A stretch of 54,170 nucleotides of DNA from positions 1 to 54,170 of the IMG/VR virus record IMGVR_UViG_3300030109_000164. One strand, 5' to 3'. Both the position numbers and the translations under genes were made by a program. This document shows positions 1-9,539 of this stretch, one piece after another. The DNA comes from a virus. Taxonomy: Duplodnaviria; Caudoviricetes. Position 1 is the stretch's first letter, and the number at the start of each line of letters is the position of its first letter. A model generated the notes under the pieces. It saw only the letters and a program-made list of their open reading frames with translations, made no database searches and was not told the DNA's origin.

Positions 1-35
1 GTATGTCGCCTGAGTTCTCTGTGTTGTGTGTATCG
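1..35. repeat. Terminal overlap with 54136..54170 (circular genome or assembly overlap)
   Basis: 33/35 nt identical; mismatches at positions 2 and 17. Confidence 0.9.
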
Positions 36-119
36 TATGCTAGTCGTAAGAACCCTGACCTTGCATCACACCAAGCATTCACAGAGTGGGCTGTTAAACA
101 CCAAGATGTTTTATTTTAA
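1..119 (+). CDS. C-terminal end of the AAA+ ATPase that starts at 53262 (spans the circular junction)
   Basis: The frame from position 3 reads MSPEFSVLCVSYASRKNPDLASHQAFTEWAVKHQDVLF, stop TAA 117-119; its first 11 residues equal the last 11 encoded at the window end. Confidence 0.85.
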   Translation, partial: MSPEFSVLCVSYASRKNPDLASHQAFTEWAVKHQDVLF

Positions 120-130
120 AGGAGGTAACT

Positions 131-982
131 ATGAAGTTAAGTGACAAAGCATTACTAGTCCAGTTAAATATCTCGCAATGGACAGCGAGGAAGTACGACA
201 AGAGAGCCACCGAACAAGTGGCTCAGCAGAATGGGAGTGCATCTCAAGCAGGTAGATACAACAAGTCGTTGCTACCTATGAATGATGCATTGAATAACAT
301 TCATCAGAAGTCTACCCTGATTCGTAAGAAGTTCTATACGAACACACTACCTTGGGGTATTGAAGGTACGATGATGTTACCATCAGCTAACTACCTGAAC
401 TTTATGACAGAGTTTAGAAATGAGAAAGCTGATTGGCAATCGCTTGTAGATACATTCTACCACGAGTACCCTAGATTGCATGCAGATGCACAGAGGTTTC
501 TTGGTAACTTGTACAATCAAGCTGACTACCCTGAACTACACGATATACAACGCAAGTTCAATATGGATATGGCTGTGTTTCCCGTACCATCGAATGACTT
601 TCGTGTAAGTATCGGTGACGCAGAGTTGGAAAAGATACAGCAAGATGTTGAGGCAAGGGTTGAGAACTCTGCACAACAAGCAATGAAGGAGGCTTGGCAG
701 AGATTGTATGACAGAGTAAAGCATATGGCTGATAAACTTGCTGACCCAAAGGCTGTGTTCAGAGATACTCTGGTAGAGAATACTAAGGAAGTCTGCTCCA
801 TTTTGAGTAGACTTAACTTTGCTGATGACCCTGACTTGGAGACTATGAGACAACAAGTTGAGGGGAGTCTGGCTAACAACCACCCTGAAAGTTTGCGTAA
901 TGACCCTGACCTTAGAAGGCACAAAGCTGAAGAGGCTAGGGCTATTATGGACAAGATGGGTGCATTTATGGGAGGTAACTAA
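131..982 (+). CDS. Conserved phage protein of AAA/vWA operons (DUF3150-like, tentative)
   Basis: 283 aa, strong SD AAGGAGGT, helical composition; lies between the AAA ATPase and the vWA gene. Family call from recall. Confidence 0.6.
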   Translation: MKLSDKALLVQLNISQWTARKYDKRATEQVAQQNGSASQAGRYNKSLLPMNDALNNIHQKSTLIRKKFYTNTLPWGIEGTMMLPSANYLNFMTEFRNEKADWQSLVDTFYHEYPRLHADAQRFLGNLYNQADYPELHDIQRKFNMDMAVFPVPSNDFRVSIGDAELEKIQQDVEARVENSAQQAMKEAWQRLYDRVKHMADKLADPKAVFRDTLVENTKEVCSILSRLNFADDPDLETMRQQVEGSLANNHPESLRNDPDLRRHKAEEARAIMDKMGAFMGGN

Positions 983-2118
983 TGGATTTAGAAAGAAGAA
1001 TTGCTAAAGCAAAGACGGCACTTATACTTGAGTATCCGTTCTTTGGTAACTTGGCTATGAATATGCCGTTCGAGATTACGAAGGAAGTACCAACGGCGGC
1101 GACCAATGGAGACAGGGTGTTGTTTAACCCTGACTTCTGTGAGCCATTGAGTGATGAGGAACTTTTGTTCCTTGTTGCTCACGAAGTATGTCACCCAATG
1201 TTCGAGCATATCTTTCGTAGAGGTGAGAGAGATAAGTTCAAGTGGAACTATGCAGGTGATGCTGTCATCAATCCAATGCTCGAAGACGAGGGCATTGGTA
1301 AGTTCATCGAGGGTGGTGTTATGGATAGAGACCTACTCAAACGAGGTGGTGGTACAACTGATGGTGTCTACAACTTGTTGCCACCAGAACCCAAAGACAA
1401 GACTGGTGGTGAGGGATTCGGTAATGGAATGAAACCATATGATGACATTGAAGATGCTACTGGTAACTCTTCACCTGCTGAGATTGAGCAGAAGAAAGCA
1501 GAGTGGAAAGTTAAGGTAGCCCAAGCGGCTCAGTCTGCAAAGATGATGGGTAAGCTGTCGGCAGGAGTGGAAAGATTTGTCGGTGATTTACTCAAGCCAA
1601 GAGTCAACTGGAAAGATGTTATGCAGAGGTTTCTTGTCAAGCAACGAACTGACCAACGAACTTGGGCAAGACCAAACAGAAGGTTCTTGTCACAAGGTAT
1701 GTATCTACCAAGTGTATCAGGTGAGGCACTAGGTGAACTATGCTTTGCTATTGATACATCAGGTTCGATTGGACAAAAGGAACTGACACAGTTTGCTAGT
1801 GAGATTGTGAAAGTATATCAAGACCTATCACCTACTAAGATACACATTATATACTTTGATTCTAGTGTGTGTCATTACGATTGTTTTGAAGATGATGAGC
1901 CAGTCATATCTCCACACGGAGGAGGAGGTACTGCATTCAGTCCTATCTTCAAGTATATGCAGGAGAAAGACATTGACCCTGTTGCTTGTGTTGTTCTCAC
2001 AGATTTATGTTGTGATGACTTCGGTGATGAACCTGCGTACCCTGTCTTATGGGTATCTAATATGAAAGGTAAAGCCCCTTGGGGTGAGATTGTTTATATG
2101 GAGGGTGTCAATGGGTAG
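982..2118 (+). CDS. HExxH metallopeptidase-like domain + vWA domain protein (DUF2201-type)
   Basis: PTAATNG, LVAHEVCH zinc motif, C-terminal MIDAS DTSGS, GGGGTAF and LTD motifs. Confidence 0.85.
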   Translation: MDLERRIAKAKTALILEYPFFGNLAMNMPFEITKEVPTAATNGDRVLFNPDFCEPLSDEELLFLVAHEVCHPMFEHIFRRGERDKFKWNYAGDAVINPMLEDEGIGKFIEGGVMDRDLLKRGGGTTDGVYNLLPPEPKDKTGGEGFGNGMKPYDDIEDATGNSSPAEIEQKKAEWKVKVAQAAQSAKMMGKLSAGVERFVGDLLKPRVNWKDVMQRFLVKQRTDQRTWARPNRRFLSQGMYLPSVSGEALGELCFAIDTSGSIGQKELTQFASEIVKVYQDLSPTKIHIIYFDSSVCHYDCFEDDEPVISPHGGGGTAFSPIFKYMQEKDIDPVACVVLTDLCCDDFGDEPAYPVLWVSNMKGKAPWGEIVYMEGVNG

Positions 2119-2320
2119 AGTAAAAGGATTGTTGATGACTGCTGAAACTGTTTTATACGAGTGTCTAAACGATAGAGATATGACAAATGAACAAGCGTTA
2201 GCATTCATCAAGAAGGAACTAGGACAAATGGCACACGACCACGCCAAAAAAGTTCTGGAAGATTGGAATAAATTTGATAACCATAACAATGAAAGGAAGG
2301 TAAGCGATGGCGACAGTTAG
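2111..2320 (+). CDS. Hypothetical protein (69 aa)
   Basis: ATG at 2111 after GGAGGGT; overlaps both neighbours in operon fashion. Confidence 0.6.
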   Translation: MGRVKGLLMTAETVLYECLNDRDMTNEQALAFIKKELGQMAHDHAKKVLEDWNKFDNHNNERKVSDGDS

Positions 2321-3008
2321 ATTTAGCTTAGACTTAACAGATAAGATAATAGACAATGCTAGAAATATGTTTACGGAAGACATAACGAAAGCAAGAATGA
2401 ATATACCATTTGCAAAGTGGGGGCAAAAGTTGTATGACAGTTTGTTCTCAGCAGAGGTACAAGCAAAGATGAATGCATTACCTGATGGGTATATGAATAC
2501 CATAACTGAGTTTGAACTCACTGGTTTCAAAAATGCACCAGATGATGTATGGCAATCAGCAAATACTAAGGTAAAGACTTGGACAGAGGTGAACATTGTA
2601 CTTCACTTGACAACTCCATTGAGGTTTCCAGATAAAGATAAGTGGTTCAATGGTAAAGTAGACAGAGGATACTATGTTAGCTATGGTAGTAAAACTCTGG
2701 ACTTTGGAAGAGATGAGTTCAAGTGGTTGCACGAGCCATTCAAGAACTACACGAAGGGTATCTTTGAGGTTCAAAGAAAACAAGATGACTTTGTAGAGGG
2801 TGTTAAACAAATCATTAATACATATACAACACTAGCACCTGCATTGAAGGCTTGGCAACCACTATGGGATTTACTTCCTGATGAAACTAAAGAAAGACAC
2901 AAGAAGATTACTGAAAGACCTAAACTAAAGACAGCAGAAGACATTGGTGTAGACTTGAACAAGATGACTTCAGCTGTTGCATTTAACAAACTAACTAGAA
3001 AGAGGTAA
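2307..3008 (+). CDS. Hypothetical protein (C-terminus weakly reminiscent of Nmad5-like phage proteins)
   Basis: 233-aa ORF with SD; motif YTTLAPALKAWQPLWDLLP. Family call weak. Confidence 0.6.
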   Translation: MATVRFSLDLTDKIIDNARNMFTEDITKARMNIPFAKWGQKLYDSLFSAEVQAKMNALPDGYMNTITEFELTGFKNAPDDVWQSANTKVKTWTEVNIVLHLTTPLRFPDKDKWFNGKVDRGYYVSYGSKTLDFGRDEFKWLHEPFKNYTKGIFEVQRKQDDFVEGVKQIINTYTTLAPALKAWQPLWDLLPDETKERHKKITERPKLKTAEDIGVDLNKMTSAVAFNKLTRKR

Positions 3009-3011
3009 CAA

Positions 3012-4124
3012 ATGGCTAGAATAAAAACAAAAGAAGAACTAATAGATTACATAGATAATGAGTATGAGAGTGACAGAAATCTCAAGGCTTGGTGTATGGA
3101 TGATAATATGGGAAGGAGAATGGACAACTACCATATGTTTGCAGAACATTTTAGAAGATGTCGTGATAAAGCTAAAGGTAGAAAAGTATCATCAGCCTTT
3201 AGAATGTTCAGCACAGTAGAACAAGGTGTCAAGTGTTATGATTTGCACATCGATGGGTACGGAAGTAATCCCTTTATGCGTATAACACCTGACAACATAG
3301 TGGAGTTTGTTGCTACACCTGATATAATAGTACAACACGCACAGTCTGTGGTGTCTTCTGTTCATCGTTGGATACCATTTTGTTTTGAACGACACAGAAA
3401 AGGTTTGTATCGTGTATGTAGTTCTCAACATTTTAACAAGGAGTATACTCACACCACTAAAACAAACTTCAAACAGATGAAAGAAGATGTTGAAAGCTAT
3501 GAAGGGGAGATGCCTGAACCTGTTATTGCTAAATTTGAAGGAGAGTGTTGGAGGAATGGGTGGAATACTGCATCTAGGATTATGCGTCAAGCCCCTGCAT
3601 ACTTTCAAGGTATCAAGTTTAACATACTAACTGGTGAATGTTTGAATCGTAGACCTGATGATAAGTTCATTGAGAAACCTAAAGAACGAAAGGAGTGGCG
3701 ACAAGCACTAGCCAAGTTCAAACGAGGTATTAGAGCAAGGGCAAAGATTCGTGCCTTTGACTCATTGATTGAAAAGATGTGGGCAGAGAGACAAAAGGAA
3801 AGTCATTACCATTGGAAACAACCTGATTGGTCAAGTGATTCTTGGATGAGTTTGCTTGAACAATCAATACGAGACAACAAGTTTTCAAAAGAATTGTTGC
3901 TAGGTCTTTGTACTACACCACCAACTGGGTACTACCAACAAGACAAACCCACAAGTAATGATGTATACAAGAGTGCTTGTAAAATATTGAGTGACTGTTC
4001 AACAGAATTGCGTAGACGATTTAATGTTTTTGAGAGTGAAGGACACGATGAAAAACGAGAAGAAAAATATTACGCTTATCACGAATCAAGAAACTTAACA
4101 ATAGAGGAGGCAGGTAAGTTATGA
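3012..4124 (+). CDS. Hypothetical protein
   Basis: 370-aa ORF with SD GAGGT, in operon; no motif recognised. Confidence 0.75.
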   Translation: MARIKTKEELIDYIDNEYESDRNLKAWCMDDNMGRRMDNYHMFAEHFRRCRDKAKGRKVSSAFRMFSTVEQGVKCYDLHIDGYGSNPFMRITPDNIVEFVATPDIIVQHAQSVVSSVHRWIPFCFERHRKGLYRVCSSQHFNKEYTHTTKTNFKQMKEDVESYEGEMPEPVIAKFEGECWRNGWNTASRIMRQAPAYFQGIKFNILTGECLNRRPDDKFIEKPKERKEWRQALAKFKRGIRARAKIRAFDSLIEKMWAERQKESHYHWKQPDWSSDSWMSLLEQSIRDNKFSKELLLGLCTTPPTGYYQQDKPTSNDVYKSACKILSDCSTELRRRFNVFESEGHDEKREEKYYAYHESRNLTIEEAGKL

Positions 4125-4597
4125 CAGTAATAGCTTGGGATGGAAAGACCCTTGCTACTGACAGAATGGCTAATGATGGTTCTCAGAAATGGGAATCATC
4201 AAAGGCTTGGTATAGCAAGAGGTATAAAGAAGGACAATGTATAATAACTGGTGTAGGTTTGTTATCACATATAATACAGATGAAAGCGTGGTATATACAA
4301 GGAGGTGATGTAGATTCTTTTAGAGACTTACCTTGTAACAGAGTAGCGTATAGTACATCACAACTTATTGTAGTGAGAAGAGAAGGACTGTATGTATTTG
4401 AAGGACACCACCCTGTCTTACGAAAGGAAGACTTTTGTGCTTTCGGAGATGGGAAAGAAATAGCTATAGGTGCATTAGCTATGGGTGCAACAGCTAAACA
4501 AGCTGTGGTTATTTGTAACGATTTCTCTTTACATTGTGGTAAAGGTGTGGAATTATTTACTTTACAAGGAGGTAACGATGCCGAAGAAGAGTGTTAA
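4121..4597 (+). CDS. Ntn-hydrolase (HslV/proteasome beta-like) peptidase-like protein
   Basis: N-terminal M-T-VIAWDGKTLATD (Thr1 nucleophile pattern) and AFGDG...AIGALAMGATAKQAV resembling the GSG-helix region. Confidence 0.65.
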   Translation: MTVIAWDGKTLATDRMANDGSQKWESSKAWYSKRYKEGQCIITGVGLLSHIIQMKAWYIQGGDVDSFRDLPCNRVAYSTSQLIVVRREGLYVFEGHHPVLRKEDFCAFGDGKEIAIGALAMGATAKQAVVICNDFSLHCGKGVELFTLQGGNDAEEEC

Positions 4598-4913
4598 AAA
4601 TATTGATTATGATAGGAGTGTTATATTAAGTACAGCACAACAACTAGTATCTTCAGATAGAGAGAAAGAACACGGAGATGCTAGGAAAAACTTTGAGATG
4701 GTAGCAGAGTTGTGGAGTGTATACTTGGGGATAGACATTCTACCCCACGAAGTACCTATGATGATGACACTATATAAGATTGCTAGGACTACAGAGAATC
4801 CAACTAATGTTGATAACTATGTAGACATTGCAGGTTATAGTGCATTGGCAGGAGAACAAGTTCCTGAAGTAGATGTTAAAGAACCTAGATTTATTAGGAA
4901 TTTTAGAAGATGA
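4578..4913 (+). CDS. DUF6378-like protein
   Basis: REKEHGDARKNF...WSVYL...KIAR...DNYVDIAGY; start set at ATG 4578 after AAGGAGGT. Confidence 0.7.
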   Translation: MPKKSVKNIDYDRSVILSTAQQLVSSDREKEHGDARKNFEMVAELWSVYLGIDILPHEVPMMMTLYKIARTTENPTNVDNYVDIAGYSALAGEQVPEVDVKEPRFIRNFRR

Positions 4914-6784
4914 GAGTAATCACAATTGACTTTGAAACATATTATAGTCGTGAGTATTCCTTATCAAAAATGACTACCGAATCCTACATCAGAGACCCTA
5001 GATTTGAGGTCATTGGTGTAGGTATAAAAGTAGATGACAACCCACCTGATTGGTATAGTGGAGATGATGTCGGAAGGTTCTTGAACTCGTTGGACTATTC
5101 TAAAGATGCTATCGTTGCACACAACACTGTGTTTGATGGTGCTATACTATCTTGGGTGTATGGTATCAAGCCTAAGTTTTGGTTTGATACTTTGTCTATG
5201 GCTAGACCATTTCATCATTCAACTGTGGGGGGTTCTCTTAAGGCTCTAGCAAACCATTACAATCTAGGGCAGAAAGGAGATGAAGTTATACAAGCACTTG
5301 GTAAAAATCGTAAAGACTTCTCACCACAAGAACTTGACAGGTATGCTGACTATTGTTTGCAAGATGTAAACTTAACTTACAAACTGTATAAAAAACTAAA
5401 GGTTAGAGTACCAGTATCCGAACTTATAGTTATAGACCAGACCATTCGTATGTATACTGAACCTAGTATTGTATTAGACCGAAAGGTTTTAGAACAACAT
5501 CTTCATAAGGTTAAAGAAGACAAGAAGAAGTTGATTGAATCTCTAGCACTTAAAGGTGTGAGTGAGGAGAGAGTTAAGAAGGCTTTGATGTCTAATCAAA
5601 TCTTTGCAAAGATACTAGAAACTGTTGGAGTTGAAGCACCTATGAAGATTAGTCTACGCACTGGTAAAGAAACATATGCCTTTGCTAAAACAGATAAAGA
5701 GTTTACTGCTTTGTTAGAACACCCTGACTCAAAGGTACAAGCTTTAGTCGCAGCACGACTTGGTACGAAGTCTACCATTGAAGAAACTAGAACAGAGAAT
5801 CTAATTAAAGTTTCAGACAGGGGTAGCTTACCTATATTATTAAACTACTATGGCGCACACACTGGTAGATTTAGTGGAGGTGATAAACTAAACTTACAAA
5901 ACTTACCACGCAACGGAGCAATACGAAAAGCTATAACTGTACCTAAAGGAAAGGTATTGGTTGCTTGTGATTCATCACAGATTGAAGCTCGTATGGTTGC
6001 GTACATCGCAGGACAAGATGATTTGGTACAATCATTTCGTGAAGGCAGAGATGTGTATAGTGAGTTTGCTACTGAAGTGTATGGTAAGCGAGTAACTAAA
6101 GCTGATAAGATAGAGAGATTTGTAGGTAAGACTTGTATACTTGGACTAGGTTATGGTATGGGTCATGTAAAGTTTAAAGCCACCCTTGCTCTTGGACAAG
6201 GAGGTATTGCTGTAGACATAGATGAGAACGAGGCAAGAAGAATTGTAAACTTATATAGACAGAAGAACCACAAGATAGTATCGCTATGGCATAGCTGTGG
6301 ACATGCTCTTACAGGTATGATTGCAGGGTCATCAGGTAATATATGTGAACTGTTACCTTATGATAAAGATGGAATAACTTTACCTAATGGACTAAAGATA
6401 AAGTACCACGCTTTACGCAATACATCTAATGGCTTTGAGTATATAGCTGACGCTAGAACTTTTCGTAAACTTGCACAGAAAAGAATACTAACTGGTGAAC
6501 AACAGAAGATTGATTGGACTAGAATTTATGGTGGTAAAGTTACAGAGAATGTGGTTCAAGCATTAGCTAGGATTGTAGTAGCAGAACAGATGGCATCTAT
6601 TGGACAATCATATCGTGTTGCTTTTCAGGTACATGATGAAGTGATTATCACGACCAGGGAAAATGATTTGATTAACGCACGACAACTTGTTGAGAAACAG
6701 ATGTCAACCGCACCACGCTGGGCAAAGGACTTGCCTGTTGCATGTGAATCAGGTGTGGGTTATAATTATGGAGACGCAAAGTAA
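4910..6784 (+). CDS. polA: DNA polymerase family A with 3'-5' exonuclease domain
   Basis: ExoI DFET, ExoII HNTVFD, ExoIII YCLQD, HTGRFSG, NLQNLP, motif A DSSQIEAR, motif B RFVGKTCILGLGYG, motif C VHDE. Confidence 0.95.
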   Translation: MRVITIDFETYYSREYSLSKMTTESYIRDPRFEVIGVGIKVDDNPPDWYSGDDVGRFLNSLDYSKDAIVAHNTVFDGAILSWVYGIKPKFWFDTLSMARPFHHSTVGGSLKALANHYNLGQKGDEVIQALGKNRKDFSPQELDRYADYCLQDVNLTYKLYKKLKVRVPVSELIVIDQTIRMYTEPSIVLDRKVLEQHLHKVKEDKKKLIESLALKGVSEERVKKALMSNQIFAKILETVGVEAPMKISLRTGKETYAFAKTDKEFTALLEHPDSKVQALVAARLGTKSTIEETRTENLIKVSDRGSLPILLNYYGAHTGRFSGGDKLNLQNLPRNGAIRKAITVPKGKVLVACDSSQIEARMVAYIAGQDDLVQSFREGRDVYSEFATEVYGKRVTKADKIERFVGKTCILGLGYGMGHVKFKATLALGQGGIAVDIDENEARRIVNLYRQKNHKIVSLWHSCGHALTGMIAGSSGNICELLPYDKDGITLPNGLKIKYHALRNTSNGFEYIADARTFRKLAQKRILTGEQQKIDWTRIYGGKVTENVVQALARIVVAEQMASIGQSYRVAFQVHDEVIITTRENDLINARQLVEKQMSTAPRWAKDLPVACESGVGYNYGDAK

Positions 6785-6792
6785 AGGATATC

Positions 6793-7455
6793 ATGGAAAA
6801 TATAAACTTAACACATTCGTTCTCATCTATTAAGATGTATGAGAATTGTCCTAAAAGATATTACCATCAAAGAATAACTAAAGAAGTACAAGATACTGGT
6901 AGTGATGCCACTATATATGGTGAACGAGTACACGAGGCACTTGAACACAGACTAGATAAAAAGGTAGAACTACCTACTGAATCTGAAACCTATGAACCTT
7001 TATGCAAAAGCATAGAGGGGTTAGGTGGAACTTTACAAGTAGAACAGAAGCTGACGCTAAGTGAAAACCTTACACCAACAACTTGGTGGGAGAAAGACGC
7101 TTGGCTACGCTCCATACTTGATGTCTTAATTGTATTCGAAGATGAGGCTATCGTTATGGATTGGAAGACTGGCAAACGAAGACCTGACTTCTCACAGTTA
7201 GAGATGTTTGCACTACAAGTATTTAGTCACTATCCAAATATTAAAAAAGTCAAGTCAACTTTTGTATGGTTAAAAGATTTATCATTAGACTCACATACAT
7301 ACAATAGATTAGATGCAGATGACATGTGGGTAAAGTTATTATCAAAGACTGAACGCATTAACCAATCATTAACTAACAACAACTGGCCACCTAAACCTAG
7401 CGGATTATGTAGGTTTTGTCCTGCAAAAAACATTTGTGAATTTTCTTTAAATTAA
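6793..7455 (+). CDS. PD-(D/E)XK Cas4/RecB-like exonuclease
   Basis: SFSSIKMYENCP, DVL...DWKTG, QLEMF and C-terminal CRFCPAKNIC Fe-S-type cysteines. Confidence 0.85.
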   Translation: MENINLTHSFSSIKMYENCPKRYYHQRITKEVQDTGSDATIYGERVHEALEHRLDKKVELPTESETYEPLCKSIEGLGGTLQVEQKLTLSENLTPTTWWEKDAWLRSILDVLIVFEDEAIVMDWKTGKRRPDFSQLEMFALQVFSHYPNIKKVKSTFVWLKDLSLDSHTYNRLDADDMWVKLLSKTERINQSLTNNNWPPKPSGLCRFCPAKNICEFSLN

Positions 7456-7491
7456 AACTTGACAAGGATGTAAACAATCATTATATATAAT
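7456..7491 (+). promoter_or_regulatory. Sigma70-like promoter with operator-like inverted repeat over the -35
   Basis: TTGACA at 7459-7464, TATATA/TATAAT at 7482-7491; AACTTGACAAGGATGTAAA matches 50654-50672 at 18/19. Confidence 0.65.
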
Positions 7492-7505
7492 AGTATGTAT
7501 ATCGA

Positions 7506-7672
7506 GGAGAGTTGTCATGGGTGAGGGGTGTTTATGAGATGTGATAATCTTATAGGTGAACTTGCATGGCACGTTCCTAGAGTAATAAAAGATAAGCCCT
7601 GTGAGTTATGGCGCAGGTGTCTAGGTGGGAACTATAACTTCCTAAAGATTGGTTCGAATCCTTTACTCTCCA
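7506..7672 (+). ncRNA. tRNA-like structured RNA with a long insert in place of the D-arm
   Basis: Acceptor GGAGAGT (7506-12)/ACTCTCC (7665-71) plus A; anticodon-like arm GGGAA-CTATAAC-TTCCT (7627-43); T-loop GGTTCGAATCC (7651-61); intergenic and just downstream of a promoter. Confidence 0.55.
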
Positions 7673-7693
7673 CGCTTTATACTAGGAGATAAG

Positions 7694-7990
7694 ATGAGTA
7701 CCCCTGAAGGGAAAGTAAAACAGAAGTTAGACAAGGCATTGAAACAACTTGGTGTATGGTTTTACAGTCCACAAGCAGGGCCTTTTGGTAAAGCAGGCAT
7801 ACCTGATAGGGTAGCCATAGTGAGAGGAAGATTTGTAGGTATAGAATGCAAGGCTGATAAAAATAAAAAGCCGACTGCATTACAAACCAAAACAATGAAG
7901 GAGATAGAAATGAATGGTGGCAAATGTTTTTTAGTTTACGACAACCAAACTATACAAGAAGTTGTATTATATATTGAGGGCGAACAATGA
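7694..7990 (+). CDS. VRR-NUC domain nuclease (resolvase-like)
   Basis: TPEGKVK, GIPDR, GIECKA, PTALQ motifs; start set at ATG 7694 after AGGAG. Confidence 0.85.
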   Translation: MSTPEGKVKQKLDKALKQLGVWFYSPQAGPFGKAGIPDRVAIVRGRFVGIECKADKNKKPTALQTKTMKEIEMNGGKCFLVYDNQTIQEVVLYIEGEQ

Positions 7991-9537
7991 TTGTTATTGA
8001 ACAAGCAAAGGCTATTGCTCTCAAAGCAAAGCACCCTAATAAAATATTACAAACAATTCCTACGGCCCGCATGCTGAAGTATGACGGAGTAGAACTTGTT
8101 GTAGCACCCCACAAACTTGACGAAGTTAAAGTATTACGGAACTTAGGTTTCGAAGTACCTTCACCAATCTTACATTACTACGACTGGACAGGTCGTTTCA
8201 CACCATACGAACATCAGAGAATGACTTCAGCTTTCCTTACAATGCATAGAAGAGCATTAGTACTTAACGAGATAGGTACTGGTAAAACACAATCAGCATT
8301 GTGGGCATCAGATTATCTAATGCAGATAGGAAAGGTAAAGAAAGTTCTTATCATATCCCCCCTATCTACACTTGAAAGAGTATGGGGTGATAGTATCTTT
8401 ATGAATTTCCCAAACAGAACATCAGTAACTTTACATGGAACAAGTGCAAGAAGAAAGAAGTTACTTAAAACACAAGCAGACTTTTATATTATTAACCACG
8501 ATGGTTTCAATATTATATCTGATGATGCTGTCAATATGTTTGACCTTATTATTGTAGATGAATCTGCTGTGTTAAGAAACCCATCAACAAATAGATTTAG
8601 AACACTGAGGAAGTTTATGGACAAACATCCTACAAGTCGTTTGTGGTTGATGACTGGAACACCAACTCCTAATGACCCTACTGATGCTTGGGCATTAGCA
8701 AAGCTAGTCGATAGTCCATACTGTACTAAAACATATACTGCTTTTAAAGAGGCTGTGATGATGAAGATAGGACAGTGGAAGTGGATACCCAGACCTGAAT
8801 CAATAGCAACAGTAAAGCACATTCTGTATCCTGCTGTTAGGTATACAAGAGATGAATGCTTTGACCTACCTGATACAGTCTATCAAACAAGAAAGATAGA
8901 CCTCACCCCCGAACAGAAAAAACATTACGCAATAATGCTGAAACATTTTGTTACAGAACTTGAACAAGAAGGAACAATTACTGCTGTCAATGAAGCTGTA
9001 AAACTACAGAAGCTTGTACAGATAAGTTGTGGTGTAGTTTATGGAGATGATGGCAGACACATTCAACTTGATTGTTCACCACGAATTAAAGTTATTAAAG
9101 AGATTATAGAACAAGTTGGTAATAAGGTTATAGTTTTTGTTCCTTTAACTGGAACATTAAATATGTTGGAGAAAGAACTGTCAAAGGATTGGAATGTAGC
9201 AGTTGTTAATGGACAAGTATCTTCTTCAAAACGAAATGTTATATTTCACGATTTTCAAAACGAGAAGAATCCGCATGTATTAGTTGCTCACCCTGCAACT
9301 ATGGCACATGGTCTAACTCTTACCGCCGCATCTACTATTGTGTGGTATGGGCCAGTGACAAGCAACGAGCAATACATTCAAGCGAATGGTCGTATAGAAA
9401 GAATAGGTAAGAAACATGTTTCAAACATCATACACATTGAGTCAACAGACTTGGAGTATAGGATGTATGAAAGACTAAAGAATAAACAAAAACTACAAGG
9501 TCTTTTGTTAGACCTTATACAAAAGGAAACGAGGTAA
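7987..9537 (+). CDS. SNF2-like superfamily 2 helicase
   Basis: EIGTGKT, IVDES, MTGTP, AHGLTL, QANGRIERIG motifs. Confidence 0.9.
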   Translation: MIVIEQAKAIALKAKHPNKILQTIPTARMLKYDGVELVVAPHKLDEVKVLRNLGFEVPSPILHYYDWTGRFTPYEHQRMTSAFLTMHRRALVLNEIGTGKTQSALWASDYLMQIGKVKKVLIISPLSTLERVWGDSIFMNFPNRTSVTLHGTSARRKKLLKTQADFYIINHDGFNIISDDAVNMFDLIIVDESAVLRNPSTNRFRTLRKFMDKHPTSRLWLMTGTPTPNDPTDAWALAKLVDSPYCTKTYTAFKEAVMMKIGQWKWIPRPESIATVKHILYPAVRYTRDECFDLPDTVYQTRKIDLTPEQKKHYAIMLKHFVTELEQEGTITAVNEAVKLQKLVQISCGVVYGDDGRHIQLDCSPRIKVIKEIIEQVGNKVIVFVPLTGTLNMLEKELSKDWNVAVVNGQVSSSKRNVIFHDFQNEKNPHVLVAHPATMAHGLTLTAASTIVWYGPVTSNEQYIQANGRIERIGKKHVSNIIHIESTDLEYRMYERLKNKQKLQGLLLDLIQKETR

Positions 9538-9539
9538 CT

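Noticed and set aside
526-1432. Several antisense and alternative-frame ORFs over the first genes, and similar ones genome-wide
   Set aside because: Shadow ORFs of well-supported genes, without SD or protein-like motifs.
4485-4577. Longer ORF-track starts (4485, 2084, 7649, 42446, 50993, 52516)
   Set aside because: Downstream ATGs have better SDs or coupling and avoid long overlaps.
7600-7672. Canonical tRNA-Tyr using the nearer 5' strand TGTGAGT
   Set aside because: Two acceptor mismatches, no proper D-arm and a mismatched T-stem; the distal GGAGAGT pairs perfectly, so it is reported as a tRNA-like RNA instead.
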